A DNA stretch of 57,883 bases. Origin: a virus. Its lineage: Duplodnaviria > Caudoviricetes. Each line of letters starts with the position of its first letter. Within the stretch, counting starts at the first letter, position 1. A program made the translations under genes and the position numbers. Positions 35,001 through 45,200 of the stretch are shown here, in pieces. The notes under the pieces were generated by a model, which worked only from the letters and a program-made list of their open reading frames with translations, was not told the DNA's origin and did no database searches. The stretch lies in the IMG/VR virus record IMGVR_UViG_3300028025_002279, positions 1 to 57,883 of that record; one strand, given 5' to 3'.

Positions 35001-38000
35001 AGTGCCATTATCATCATAGGCAATTCTCTTTCCGTCTAAACCTAATGCTTCGTATTTATATCTATTATCTCCGATTCTGATAAAGTCAACTCTCTTGATA
35101 GATTTACTTAAATCATACCTTGCGTTCTGCTGTTCACCTGTAGTCCAAGCAATTCTATCCACACCTTCTTTAACAGCTTCCTTAAGTGCAACCTTCAATC
35201 CAAGCTTTACCCAAGCGTTAGTATCTGTTACAAATGGTGCTTTAGGAATTTCTTTAAATCCTTCTCTCTTACCTTTTTGTCCCCAATCTGACTGCACCTC
35301 TTCTAAAAACAAAACCTTCTTACCATCTGCATCTGTACGAGTATTCATCCTAAGATGTACAAGTATATTGCTATCATTTAGGAAATGATTTCCTTTAAAA
35401 ATATCTTTACCCGGAAGTATTACGAGTCTTTCTTTATAGTCCTTACCACCAGACAATTGATAGTCTTCATATATACTGCTTATAAATCCACCTATAGGTT
35501 CTTCTATTCCATACCTATCTCCATCCTCTCTAGCAGATGCTACAAAATCTTGAGCCTCATCTAGTGTTTCAAATGAATCTACTTCTCTATCTGTTCTCAT
35601 GTCGAAGACTTTATAGTCACCACCTCTTGTTTTCTCACTAATCTGAAGTCTGTTATCCTTCATAAACTTCAAAACATCTTGTTTAGAAACCTGTTCGTTA
35701 GGCTTCTTAGAATTTAACCAGTCTGCTAAACCTGAGTATACAGCTTCATCTGTCTTAAATCCAACTATCTCTTTCCACTTAGTTGCAGATGCATTAGGTT
35801 GTTTGAACTCATTAACCTTCTTAACTATAGGTGAATAGAATCCATTAACTACATCAGCATACTGCTTCTGATATTGCGGAACCTGTGCTAATGCTTTTGC
35901 TCTTTCTATAATTGCTTGAGGTTCTTTTTTAGTTCTTGCATACATAGAACCAGCAGTAGAAGTAGTTACAGGAACTGGATTACCATTTTTATCTACAAAT
36001 CTAGCTTCAGGGAATACCTCGTTTACATAATATTTACCATTCAATACAAATGGCTCTGTTCCATGAAACTTACCATTGAATTGCTTATGTTGGAATTTAC
36101 CAGACTTAGACCTATTCACAAAATCCTGTTCACTTATTGTTGGGTCTACAAAAAATCCAGTCATTGCAAATCCACCATCATTCAACTTCATCCCTTCAGT
36201 TTTGCCCTCAAGAGATTTTATCACATTCTCATCTCCGAATTTTTTATAAAAGTCTTTATGATTAAAGCCATCTTTATCTAATAAATCTCTAAGTCTACCA
36301 CCCGGCTTATTCTTTGCATTACCTACTTTATTGTAGAATTGACCAAACAAAACTCTTCTCGCATCAAATCCAAACTTAGGCGACTTATCTTCATTATTCA
36401 CCCTGTTTGATATTAATAGGTCGTAAATTTCTTTTTTAGTCTTTGGTGACCTCAAGTTTCCATTCTCTATTAAATTCAATAATTTATCTATAGAGTTTGA
36501 ATACTTTCGTCCAGTATCATTCGTTTCTTTTATAGAATTGAAATAAGCTTCAATATCAGCCTTTGCATCTTCAGCAGTTATCTGGTTATTAGACAAAGCG
36601 TATGATAAAGACTTAATGAAATAGTCAGCACCATATGCATTACCAAACATAACTTCTGGAGCTTGAACCATAACAAATATAGCAACCGGACTACCCTTCA
36701 TTTCAGGAAACTTCTCATCTCTAATTCTAGCTGCTTCTTGAACAGCTTTATAGAATGCTGTTTGTTTAGAATCCATTGAAGCAGCAAAGCCAATATTATC
36801 TTCTACATTTTGCTTTATAAATGTATATCCAATTCCTCCTTGACGAAGTATACCATTTTTAATACCTATACCAGTAGCATCTGAATTAATCACTACTACA
36901 GCACCTCCTGACTTTGAAACAATCTCAAACAATGTAGAGTTTTTCTCAGGTGCACGAAAGTCAATTCCTTTTGGAGCCCACTTTATATCAACCTTTCTAA
37001 ATGCCTTGTCTCCACTTTTTACAAATTCAAATTGAGCTGGATTAACTACAGCAATATTACTAACCACAACTGGGTCTGCTGTAACATCACCAACTATTTC
37101 AGCTATATTGTCAAATGTTATTTCTTCACCAGTAACAAATTTCTCAGTAACAAAATTTGCAAGTCTTAATAGGTCTGATTCATTTTTTATAGTCATCAAT
37201 TGTTTACTTCCAGAACCAATACCAATCCTACTTAACATATCAAGTAAGAATGCTTTAATTCTTTCGAAGTTTGATGGGTTTAACTGTATTCTACCATCTG
37301 CAATACCAGCAACAAAATCAGTTATTGCTTCTTTCTTCTGTGTTACATCTCCACTATATGTTGCCCTAGCCTGTTCTATTATTCTAGAAGCATCTGGTAT
37401 TGATTCAAGCTGTGCAAAAAAGTCATTTATTAATTGAGGATTATTCGCCTCGATATAGTCAAGCACAGGATGAAACCCTTCGTGAAGAACAGTATCTGTT
37501 TCTAGATTGTCCATGTTAAGATGGATACTACCATCTGTAGCCATATAAAAACCTCTAGCTGTAGCGTCTTGTTGAGTTCCGCCTGCCGCAATTACTGCCT
37601 TCTCAAATGAACCATCATCATGTAGACTTATCTGTACATCTTGACCTGTAGTTCCAACGACAATACTAGATAGTGATTTGGCTACATTTCTAGCATCTGA
37701 CAATACTTTTGATTGTAGCTTGTTAGGATTCTTAATCCTTACATCTGCTCCACGGTCTGTGACCCTACCATAGGTTGGCTCGATTTGCCTTGGAGAAACT
37801 GTTTCATTAACTCCAACTGCCTGTTCTTGGATAGGCTCTTGAACTTGCTGAGGTTCTTGCTGGGCTGCGAGTTGGGCTGCTGCATCGAGCTCTGCTTGGT
37901 GTTCTCTTGTAAGGAACTCTTCAAATTGTTCTTCATCTTTTAAGATTTCTTTTATTTGTATTTGGTATGCTAAGTCCTGAGCTACTTGACCCCTGAACTT

Positions 38001-40202
38001 CCTTCTCTTGCCAGCAGGAGTTGTAAGAACAACATTCATCACATTACCATTCTGGTCTAGACTAATTGCGTCTAGTGGATTCTCATTAGTATTCTTTAGT
38101 GGCTGACCTTCAATCCTATATCCCTGTGGAGTCTCTGTTACAAGCACTTCATCTAGTTCAATGTCATATGCATCAGGTAACTCATTCATTAACTTGTTTA
38201 CGTTACCTATTTCTATGATACGATTTGTACCTATAATCCTAGCTTCAACAGTTTGACCTTGCTGATATAGAATAGCAGGCTGTCCCTTAACTCTAACCTT
38301 CTTGTTTAGAAGTGCTGTTATCGGGATGTCGTCCCCTTCTTCGCCGACGATATAGCGATAGCCAATATCTGCTTTAGAGGTCTCTTGGTCTTGGACTTCT
38401 TGAGTTCCCTGACGTTGGCCGATATCGCCTTCTGGACGTCCTTCTTGGACTTGCTGCTCGCTTGTTTTAGTGGCATAATTTTCTTTTTTAATTTGTTCTA
38501 AATCATATCTATTTTTTGATATCTCTTCTTTAGGGCCGCCTTCTAATGATTTAAAATACTTGCCATTTTCTTCTGTGTAAGTAAATACATCATTTGATAC
38601 TATCTCTCTAATCTCATCGTTTATAGAAGCTCTCTTATCTTGAAGGAAAGAAAGCTCCTGTTCTTCAGAAGCTCTTAAGGCTTCGTCAATATTATTTATA
38701 TATTCTGTCCTCTTATTAATTTCTTCATCTAGCTTTATCCTCTGCTCAATCTTTGGTATGGCTACAGCTTGTGATAATGCAGGAGTTCCTTCTGGAATAG
38801 TCTGCTTTATCTGTGCATACCTATTGGCATTATTCATGATAAGTTCTCTCTCTTCCTCAGAGAAATTATTCTCATCAAATGTTTTAGTTAGCTCTTGTTT
38901 AATAGCGTCTAAATCTTCAGGAGTCTTTGCTTCTGCAATATCTTTTAATAACTGAGTATTTACATTCTTACCAAATGCTACGTCAGCACCTGCTCCTAAT
39001 ACAGGTCCAAATATACCTCCAGCTACTGCTGAATTGACCACATTAGATATAAATCCTTTAGCTATTTCTTCTTCATTAAATACTTCATTCCCTTGTACAG
39101 CATTTGATGCATACTTTGCACCATCTTCTAGTGCTGCCTGTGCACCTTCAGTTCCACCTTCCACAAGTGCTCTATATCCTCCTCTTTTCAAATTACTTGT
39201 AAGTGCTTTTACTTCTGCAACAGCCGCTTCTTCAATTACATCAACAGCTCTCTTACCTGTTACGTTTGCTGTATTCTTTAATACATTAGCTATTACTTTT
39301 CTTTGTATGTTCCTAAATACAGGCACATCACCCACAATCTTATCTACTGCAAACTTTTCTAGAACACCATTAATTATACCACCAGCAAGTCCATATAAGT
39401 TTCTGGCTTTAGGGTCCATTGCGTATCCTGATTTCTCAATAGCAGAGTCATAATCATCCCAAGCATTCTGCATACCTTGAGCAACAAATGTAGCACCACC
39501 AGTAGCAGCACCTAGTGCCATATCTGTAGCAATACCACCAGACATTCCGATTAATCCTTGCAAGTCTTTAAGACCAATACCATCCATTACATCAAACTGA
39601 CCTTTCAATGCAGCTTCTTCTTGTCTGGTTGTATATCCAGAACGAATAACATCAAAAGCCTGTTCTATATTTTTCATTGACTCCTTTGCAGGCTTTAGTC
39701 TTTCTTGTATAGGAAGCTGTTGGAAAGCCCTAGCAGACTCAGCTGTTTTACCAATATCTACAGGAGAAAATTGATAAGGAGTAATAGGTACTGAAGCTGG
39801 TAGTTGTGTAGCAAATTTTGCTAATGTTTCAAAAGAACCAACAATTCCGTTATATAGTGTAGAAAGGGTTTTGCCAATCTCACTCTTATCTTCATCTACT
39901 GCTTTTTGATATTTTGCTTGCTTAGGCTCTTCTTTGGCGACTAAAGGAGTCATATATTCTACCTGCTGTTGAAAAGTAGGTAATCCACCTTTTGGCATTG
40001 CCTTAGCAGCAGGAGCTGGACCTGAAGGAGCTATCTTTCTCTCAAAATCTTCAAATGTGCCTAGGTCATACGCTTTACCAACAGTATTGTAAAGAGTCCT
40101 CCTTTTTGTCTGGTCAGACATCTTAGACTTAAAATCCTCGAATGACCCTAAATCGTATTCGCCTGATAACGCATCATAAAGAACTTTTACTTTGTCTGGC
40201 AT
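32046..40202 (-). CDS. giant internal virion (ejected) polyvalent-type protein
   Basis: 2718 aa; N-terminal YDLG.FEDF repeats, HEGFH zincin-like motif, EEVQSDW domain; lies after the tail genes. Confidence 0.75.
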   Translation of the reverse strand: MPDKVKVLYDALSGEYDLGSFEDFKSKMSDQTKRRTLYNTVGKAYDLGTFEDFERKIAPSGPAPAAKAMPKGGLPTFQQQVEYMTPLVAKEEPKQAKYQKAVDEDKSEIGKTLSTLYNGIVGSFETLAKFATQLPASVPITPYQFSPVDIGKTAESARAFQQLPIQERLKPAKESMKNIEQAFDVIRSGYTTRQEEAALKGQFDVMDGIGLKDLQGLIGMSGGIATDMALGAATGGATFVAQGMQNAWDDYDSAIEKSGYAMDPKARNLYGLAGGIINGVLEKFAVDKIVGDVPVFRNIQRKVIANVLKNTANVTGKRAVDVIEEAAVAEVKALTSNLKRGGYRALVEGGTEGAQAALEDGAKYASNAVQGNEVFNEEEIAKGFISNVVNSAVAGGIFGPVLGAGADVAFGKNVNTQLLKDIAEAKTPEDLDAIKQELTKTFDENNFSEEERELIMNNANRYAQIKQTIPEGTPALSQAVAIPKIEQRIKLDEEINKRTEYINNIDEALRASEEQELSFLQDKRASINDEIREIVSNDVFTYTEENGKYFKSLEGGPKEEISKNRYDLEQIKKENYATKTSEQQVQEGRPEGDIGQRQGTQEVQDQETSKADIGYRYIVGEEGDDIPITALLNKKVRVKGQPAILYQQGQTVEARIIGTNRIIEIGNVNKLMNELPDAYDIELDEVLVTETPQGYRIEGQPLKNTNENPLDAISLDQNGNVMNVVLTTPAGKRRKFRGQVAQDLAYQIQIKEILKDEEQFEEFLTREHQAELDAAAQLAAQQEPQQVQEPIQEQAVGVNETVSPRQIEPTYGRVTDRGADVRIKNPNKLQSKVLSDARNVAKSLSSIVVGTTGQDVQISLHDDGSFEKAVIAAGGTQQDATARGFYMATDGSIHLNMDNLETDTVLHEGFHPVLDYIEANNPQLINDFFAQLESIPDASRIIEQARATYSGDVTQKKEAITDFVAGIADGRIQLNPSNFERIKAFLLDMLSRIGIGSGSKQLMTIKNESDLLRLANFVTEKFVTGEEITFDNIAEIVGDVTADPVVVSNIAVVNPAQFEFVKSGDKAFRKVDIKWAPKGIDFRAPEKNSTLFEIVSKSGGAVVVINSDATGIGIKNGILRQGGIGYTFIKQNVEDNIGFAASMDSKQTAFYKAVQEAARIRDEKFPEMKGSPVAIFVMVQAPEVMFGNAYGADYFIKSLSYALSNNQITAEDAKADIEAYFNSIKETNDTGRKYSNSIDKLLNLIENGNLRSPKTKKEIYDLLISNRVNNEDKSPKFGFDARRVLFGQFYNKVGNAKNKPGGRLRDLLDKDGFNHKDFYKKFGDENVIKSLEGKTEGMKLNDGGFAMTGFFVDPTISEQDFVNRSKSGKFQHKQFNGKFHGTEPFVLNGKYYVNEVFPEARFVDKNGNPVPVTTSTAGSMYARTKKEPQAIIERAKALAQVPQYQKQYADVVNGFYSPIVKKVNEFKQPNASATKWKEIVGFKTDEAVYSGLADWLNSKKPNEQVSKQDVLKFMKDNRLQISEKTRGGDYKVFDMRTDREVDSFETLDEAQDFVASAREDGDRYGIEEPIGGFISSIYEDYQLSGGKDYKERLVILPGKDIFKGNHFLNDSNILVHLRMNTRTDADGKKVLFLEEVQSDWGQKGKREGFKEIPKAPFVTDTNAWVKLGLKVALKEAVKEGVDRIAWTTGEQQNARYDLSKSIKRVDFIRIGDNRYKYEALGLDGKRIAYDDNGTTSLQEIEDMFGKDIAEKVKADKAGDLRLQGDGLKVGGKGMNAFYGDAQNVGIVGKVAKAVVKELTGKEGTIVESKIPSGIQPAIDITPELKQSVKAGMPQFQKAPTKALAKQGLVGITKLAAKEYGRYGVLGKEGVILKEKKAGELSAELATAEKYAKDAILLTKKYKNSVSKKDVEDFMTGKDVEGNLPTDLAVALSNARQHVDNLTERLIQLGVIDSQESIDYYRENKGKYLLRSYEAIDYNDKFGISQALYGKGLNIDNVAKKLNNVDKTVVDAALKFLVDRAMAQNPSLSEADAMKQARIEANGLLSNAEEYVMQRGLTGSTNVASLGKRLSDEELSPELRALMGEYTDPIYNYYASIFKIASLTSSRQYLNSMKEYGMGKFIFDYKTEDATVQIAGEGSKGLEPLNGLYTFPEIYEALKKAENDKPLLITEIAGRVRKFKTVYNPATHIKNVIGNTGFAISNGHWNYIPEAYKYMRASIVGGDDKDVMRMMDTLNRYGVLNNTLGIGELKQYFKRNENVDDFLTEIYKAGGKNKAMIGKVSGTAKDVVTRQIPKFIEKAYQIEDDLFKILGFVNESNRYAKAKYQKAYDKLSETEKKDIDGIASEIVKDTYPTFTRVPKGVKVLSKVLFLGNFLSFPVESVRVQYNALALARKEILSGNPRLKTVGLSRIAGAVAYNSLLSSMVYYGFSLAGAGLTGMLGVMNGDDDEERENSKAIQRFVAPWNKNTDKYPTSFANGKLSYYDIGSLDSYNYQKRVWNAFWSNINNKEGFNKAISESMSEALDPWLQRDFVLDNFNKLMTNPNNSIYNPKDEPWKQWQDKSMFVAKQMGPGFVGASIKIADSYTKGDYEKAINEAYSQIVRRYDVDLEKQFRTFIYVDNTNKNSEIGFKDGLRNTENIYTRAKDAGVKGIELNDAYREAVDKYKEQIKIIKDYYDSAIRGGVPAKKLNDIMNKSGFSQAVKLGVTKGKFNLPDNSYIKK
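37739..37936 (-). CDS. possible overprinted small protein (+1 frame)
   Basis: 65-aa ORF over a low-complexity linker of the giant protein. Confidence 0.35.
   Translation of the reverse strand: MKNNLKSSLQENTKQSSMQQPNSQPSKNLSKFKSLSKNRQLELMKQFLQGKSSQPMVGSQTVEQM
38318..38476 (-). CDS. overprinted small basic protein (MPLK...IS.N..E...RP.KQ..AIA.S.A type)
   Basis: hand-translated MPLKQASSKSKKDVQKAISANVRELKKSKTKRPLKQILAIAISSAKKGTTSR with an A-rich leader. Confidence 0.7.
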   Translation of the reverse strand: MPLKQASSKSKKDVQKAISANVRELKKSKTKRPLKQILAIAISSAKKGTTSR

Positions 40203-40221
40203 CTCCCTAATTATTTATTTA

Positions 40222-41613
40222 TTAGAATCCCGATATTTTCTTCTTTTCAGCTTTTTTAGCAGCTGGTTTAGCTGTTGTCTTACTAGACTTTGGTATAGAT
40301 ACTTGACCAGACTTAAATGTTATATCTGGATTTGCCGTAACTATCCTAGTATTAAATGCTCTTGGCTGTAACTTAAAGTTTGATTCATCTTGAAGTGTTA
40401 CATCAAAGTATGGTTCAACTTTAGTTTTACCACCACCAGATATATATTTTACAGTTTTGATTGCAGATGACTTTCCTTCAGAACCCTTCATGTCAAATCC
40501 AGCAAATTGGTTAGTAACATCTGTACCTGTGAAATTTACCATACCGCCTTCTTCAGCTGCAACAGACGGTGTCTCATCCATTACAGATTTAATGATAACA
40601 GATGGATGGAACTCAGTTATTTCTGTGGCCTTGCCACCAGCAGCTCTTCTTTCTTTCTGAGCTTGAATAGTAGCCCTATCTTTTACTCTATTATATTCAT
40701 TTTCTGCGGCAGATTTATCAATAGTCTCTGCCTGTTGTTTTTTTCTATAGAATGTTAATCCAAATACCATTTCAGGAGTAACATCTGATATTCCTGTTAT
40801 ATTCGGGAAGTACTCTTTAATCTCATTAAGTCTTCTAATAGATTCTGGTGAACCATTATTTACACCTTCTTTAAGAAGCTCGTAGTCTGCTTTTATAGCA
40901 TTCGCTAATTTGGCATTAGAGCTAGCTATCTTAGGCAATACTTCTATAGTTGTTTTAGGGTCTCTACCAGAAAATTTAGTTACTCTTTCGCCATACAATG
41001 TGTTACCATTTATATCTTTCATAACAGCAACTGGCTCTCTTTTTGTATCTATATCTTTAATTCTAGCATCTGACAAATCAAGTGTCTTATTGATTGCGTC
41101 AAAGTCTATTTCTGAAGCAACTAATGGGTAATTATAAGCTGAAGATATTTTAGATGTATCTATTTGAGAAATTGGGCTAGTGTTAAGTAATGCAACTGTA
41201 CCGCTTATTTCTTCAGGAACATCATATCCTTTGAGTCTTGCTGTTTTCATGTATTCAGCATATTCTTTTTGAAAACCTGCTGCTTGCACAGACTTAGCGT
41301 ATATATCATTTAATCCAGATAAAGCATTATCTAATTGAGCTTTAGCAGCAGCTAGCTGTTCAGTTGGGGCACCACCAATATTTAGTTTAGTAAAAGCGGT
41401 AGCTGATTGTTTAAATTGGTTATATGCTTTTGTAAAGTCAGGAATGTCCATCTGCCTTAATTTACCCGGCTGATATGACTTCAAAAACTCATTAGTACTT
41501 TGTTCGGCAAAAAGGTCTAGTTGACGCTTTCTTTGAGCTGCCATTTCAAGTCCTCTGTTAATGCCTTTTGAGAATCCTGATACATCTACAAAAGATGGTC
41601 TATAAGTTGCCAT
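40222..41613 (-). CDS. internal virion/ejection protein
   Basis: 463 aa, helical, between the pilot-like and giant proteins. Confidence 0.65.
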   Translation of the reverse strand: MATYRPSFVDVSGFSKGINRGLEMAAQRKRQLDLFAEQSTNEFLKSYQPGKLRQMDIPDFTKAYNQFKQSATAFTKLNIGGAPTEQLAAAKAQLDNALSGLNDIYAKSVQAAGFQKEYAEYMKTARLKGYDVPEEISGTVALLNTSPISQIDTSKISSAYNYPLVASEIDFDAINKTLDLSDARIKDIDTKREPVAVMKDINGNTLYGERVTKFSGRDPKTTIEVLPKIASSNAKLANAIKADYELLKEGVNNGSPESIRRLNEIKEYFPNITGISDVTPEMVFGLTFYRKKQQAETIDKSAAENEYNRVKDRATIQAQKERRAAGGKATEITEFHPSVIIKSVMDETPSVAAEEGGMVNFTGTDVTNQFAGFDMKGSEGKSSAIKTVKYISGGGKTKVEPYFDVTLQDESNFKLQPRAFNTRIVTANPDITFKSGQVSIPKSSKTTAKPAAKKAEKKKISGF

Positions 41614-41619
41614 TTAATC

Positions 41620-42216
41620 TTATTTAGTAGTTTTCTTTTTCCCTATATTATCAAATGCACCAGTAAACATTGCTGTTCCAATAGAACTACCAAGACCAGA
41701 TAATGCATTACTAACAGCAGCATTTGCTTCTGCTCTTCTCATCCCCCAATAGTCAGCAGCCTCTTGTTGCTTTCTAAGTTCATCTTGATACTTCAATCCT
41801 CCAACCTGCATAAGAGCCTGATTAGCTCTTTCCTGATTAGCCATCATAGCTTGACCCTCCATACCAGCAAGTCTAAGACCAGCATCTTGCCCTGATTGTG
41901 CAATATCACCAATTCCTGCAAGAGCAGACCTTCTACTTCTTAATGCACCAAGTTGTGACGCTTGATTTCTAGCAGCCTGTTGTTGATACAAGCCAATAGC
42001 AGCAGATGGCAATCCCATATTAGCTTGAGCTAATCTGTTTTGTAAGGATTGAGTAATCTCTCCCGGAAGTCCCATTTGTTGAGACCTCTGAAAATTTCTC
42101 TCTAGCTCTTTGCTAGCTCTTCTTGCTTTACCGCTGAAGATATTGTTTTCGCCAAAAAAAAGTGGAGCAGCTGATGCTGCCATACTAAGTCCGGCCATGA
42201 TTGCTGGTAGTGCCAT
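41620..42216 (-). CDS. internal virion (pilot-like) protein
   Basis: A/G/Q-rich with hydrophobic termini. Confidence 0.65.
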   Translation of the reverse strand: MALPAIMAGLSMAASAAPLFFGENNIFSGKARRASKELERNFQRSQQMGLPGEITQSLQNRLAQANMGLPSAAIGLYQQQAARNQASQLGALRSRRSALAGIGDIAQSGQDAGLRLAGMEGQAMMANQERANQALMQVGGLKYQDELRKQQEAADYWGMRRAEANAAVSNALSGLGSSIGTAMFTGAFDNIGKKKTTK

Positions 42217-42218
42217 AA

Positions 42219-45200
42219 CTATCTATTATAAAAAGGTTCTAAAATTGATGATTCTATATAATACAAATTTACGAATTCATTGCCATTAACTGGTGATAAT
42301 TTAATTCTTAGCCAGTTTCCCTTCAATACGTTACCATTATACAGCCCACCCGTGCTCGCAGCATCCCTCTTAAACGCTACGTGTATCTTATCATCCTTAA
42401 ATATAAAGTCAGATGGTTGTAAGCTAGAAGTCTGAGACAGGTTGGTTGTTATATCTCCAGCTGTTGCAGGAGCCCATACTTTATTAGCCAACATCGTCAA
42501 GGTATTATACCTCTTCTTTATCTGAGGGAACTGATTCAATAAAAGAGTTAGAGATGGCTTATACTGAACACCGTAGAAATTACAATAGTTTGTAGTATTA
42601 TCATGAGTATACAATATTCCATTCTTCCATGATATAACCACATTTTCTGCTGTTGTCATCCATTCTGGACTAAAACTATAAAATGAAGTATAAGCGTTTC
42701 TGAACTCATTAAAGCCAAAAGTATATGGCTGGCTCTTATCATCTCCAGCAGCACTCTCCTGCATACAGGTAACAAACTCCTCGTTAAATTGGTCGTATAC
42801 GCCAAGTATCTTAGCCTTACCCTGACCAGTAATATTATTTCTTGTCTTATTATACTTAACTATAAGTGGTGTTAGGAAGAAGTGAGCCTTATACAGCTCT
42901 GTTATTGGAGTAAGTCCGTCAGCACTTAGTCTTACTTGACAACCTCTAACTGGGTCTGTGAAGTAGTCTGCTTGAGCAGATGAAGCTAAAGAACAGAACT
43001 GACCCCCTATGCCATAGTCTCCTAAATAATACTGAATCTTATTGATAATCTCAGCACTCTGTGATAAAACCCCATTACCATCAACAGTCTGTACTACGTT
43101 CTGTAATACAGGTACAACTCCACATGCCCTATTTTGAAATACCCTAAGCTGCCTACCCCTAATCTTCAATCTTTGTATATCTCCTTTCTCTCTATCGTAT
43201 TCATCAAAGTTTGCTGCATAGAACCTATTTGTTAGGTTTATATTTGTACCAGATTGATAATCAAGAGAATATCTAACTAAAGTAGGATAGTATTCTTCCT
43301 TGGCATATTCATCAACAACTAGAGGTCTTCCATTTCCATCAAACTTAGAATTATACTTGTCAGACATTGATTTATCTAAAATCCATTGTCCTTCTCTTAA
43401 TCTGCTATATATATCTCCCCTAAAGAATTTAAAAATAGCTGGTAACGTACTTGTTTGAGATTGAACTGAACTGGAATGATATCTGTTTACTCCATCATTA
43501 ATAACAGAATATGTTTCACCAAACTCATAAAATACCTGTGTTTCTTCGTTGGAGTTTATAGTAGGAGAGTAGACTTCTATATAATATATCTTATACCCGA
43601 CTGTTCCAAAGTTTGTCATAGTTAGAGAGTCGTATGGTATTTTAAGCCAAGTCCTATCTCTGGGTGGAGGTGCAGATGTTGTGATATCATTACTGTTAAC
43701 TATACTATAAACAGGATAATCTGATACAGTTGCCGTGCCATTTTTTAATCCAATTATACGAACCCTATCACCTTTTGTAAACCCATATGGAGAATATCCT
43801 GATTTATTATTTTGATAGTCTGTTATATCTAAATAAGCATAAACAGATGCTGCATCTTTGTAAGTATCTGAAGTTACTATAGTTTTAAATTCAGACACAG
43901 TTAAATTAGTAGTTCTTACAAATGAGAAGTATTTAGCCCATGATGGAGCCTGATGACTTACACTAAATTCAATAAGCGGTATAGTTAACTGTGTACCAGA
44001 CAAGTCAGAAGATGATATCTCCGGAGTAATTACACTCATAGAGTCAGACGTAGTTACACCATTTGTTACTCCATTCTCGTCAAAATAACATATACCAAAA
44101 GAGTATCTTGACTTATGCTTATAACAAGCTGTATTTACACCTGTTGGGTCAGCAGGCAATGTTCCTCCACCAGCATATGTATATACAAAGTTGTATGAAT
44201 CAAGTATCCAAGCTTTATTCACACTATTAAATCCAATCTTAACACCTCTTTTTCCATTAAATTCACCGGGTTCTACAAGTTGCAAAGCAAATACTGAGCT
44301 AGCTAAACCATAGTTCTGTAGTGTTACATTAGAAGTAAGTTGTGAAACAAGTATAGTCTCTAAAGATGCTAAATTATTTTGTCCAGCAGTTAATGTTGGT
44401 ATGCTTATTGTAACGGTAACAGATTCAATACCTGCTCCTATATCTCTTCTAAATGATAGAGAAAATGTATACGAATCTCCTACGTTTGGAGTTCCATTAA
44501 ATATTATATAGTGATTTCCGTTAGTTGCATTATATACAGGATAATACGAGAACGTATACCTATTATAAGATGCCATTGTAAGATTATTTGTCGTGTTTGT
44601 ATTTGCGACAAGACTTAATGACTGTGTTACTGAAGGCGTAATAGATGATGTTCTTCCCTCTGTAATACCACCATATATCAATGTATTACCATTTAAAAGC
44701 TCCTGTGTATTAGCCTTAATTGGAACATAGTCAAATAGTTGACTGGATTCTGCTACATCAATACTTGGATACGCCTCAGTATTATAGAACTTATACTCAT
44801 ATTCTGAATTATCTGGTATACCATTCTTTATAATTGTTTTTACAAGAAAAGAATCAGAGAATACATTATCAATACTTTCCCTAGCCACAATTTCTATTGA
44901 TTTTACATCAGCATCACCTGTCTGATATTTTATTGATATTCTATTGTTTTTAGTATTACTTATTTCATTTGCAATAGCATCAACATCAGCAGGTGCAAAT
45001 AATCTACTCCAAGGACTAAATGTAGACTTTGTATTGTCTTTATACACCCATCTATATCTAAACTGATATAGCTTACTTCTTAAATTATTAATATTTGTAG
45101 AAATGTCATCTTCATATTTACATATAGGAGATAAAAGAGGCATTGGCCTAGCAACAGTCAAATACTTCTTTTTCCAGTTTCCATTATATGTCTTATTTAC

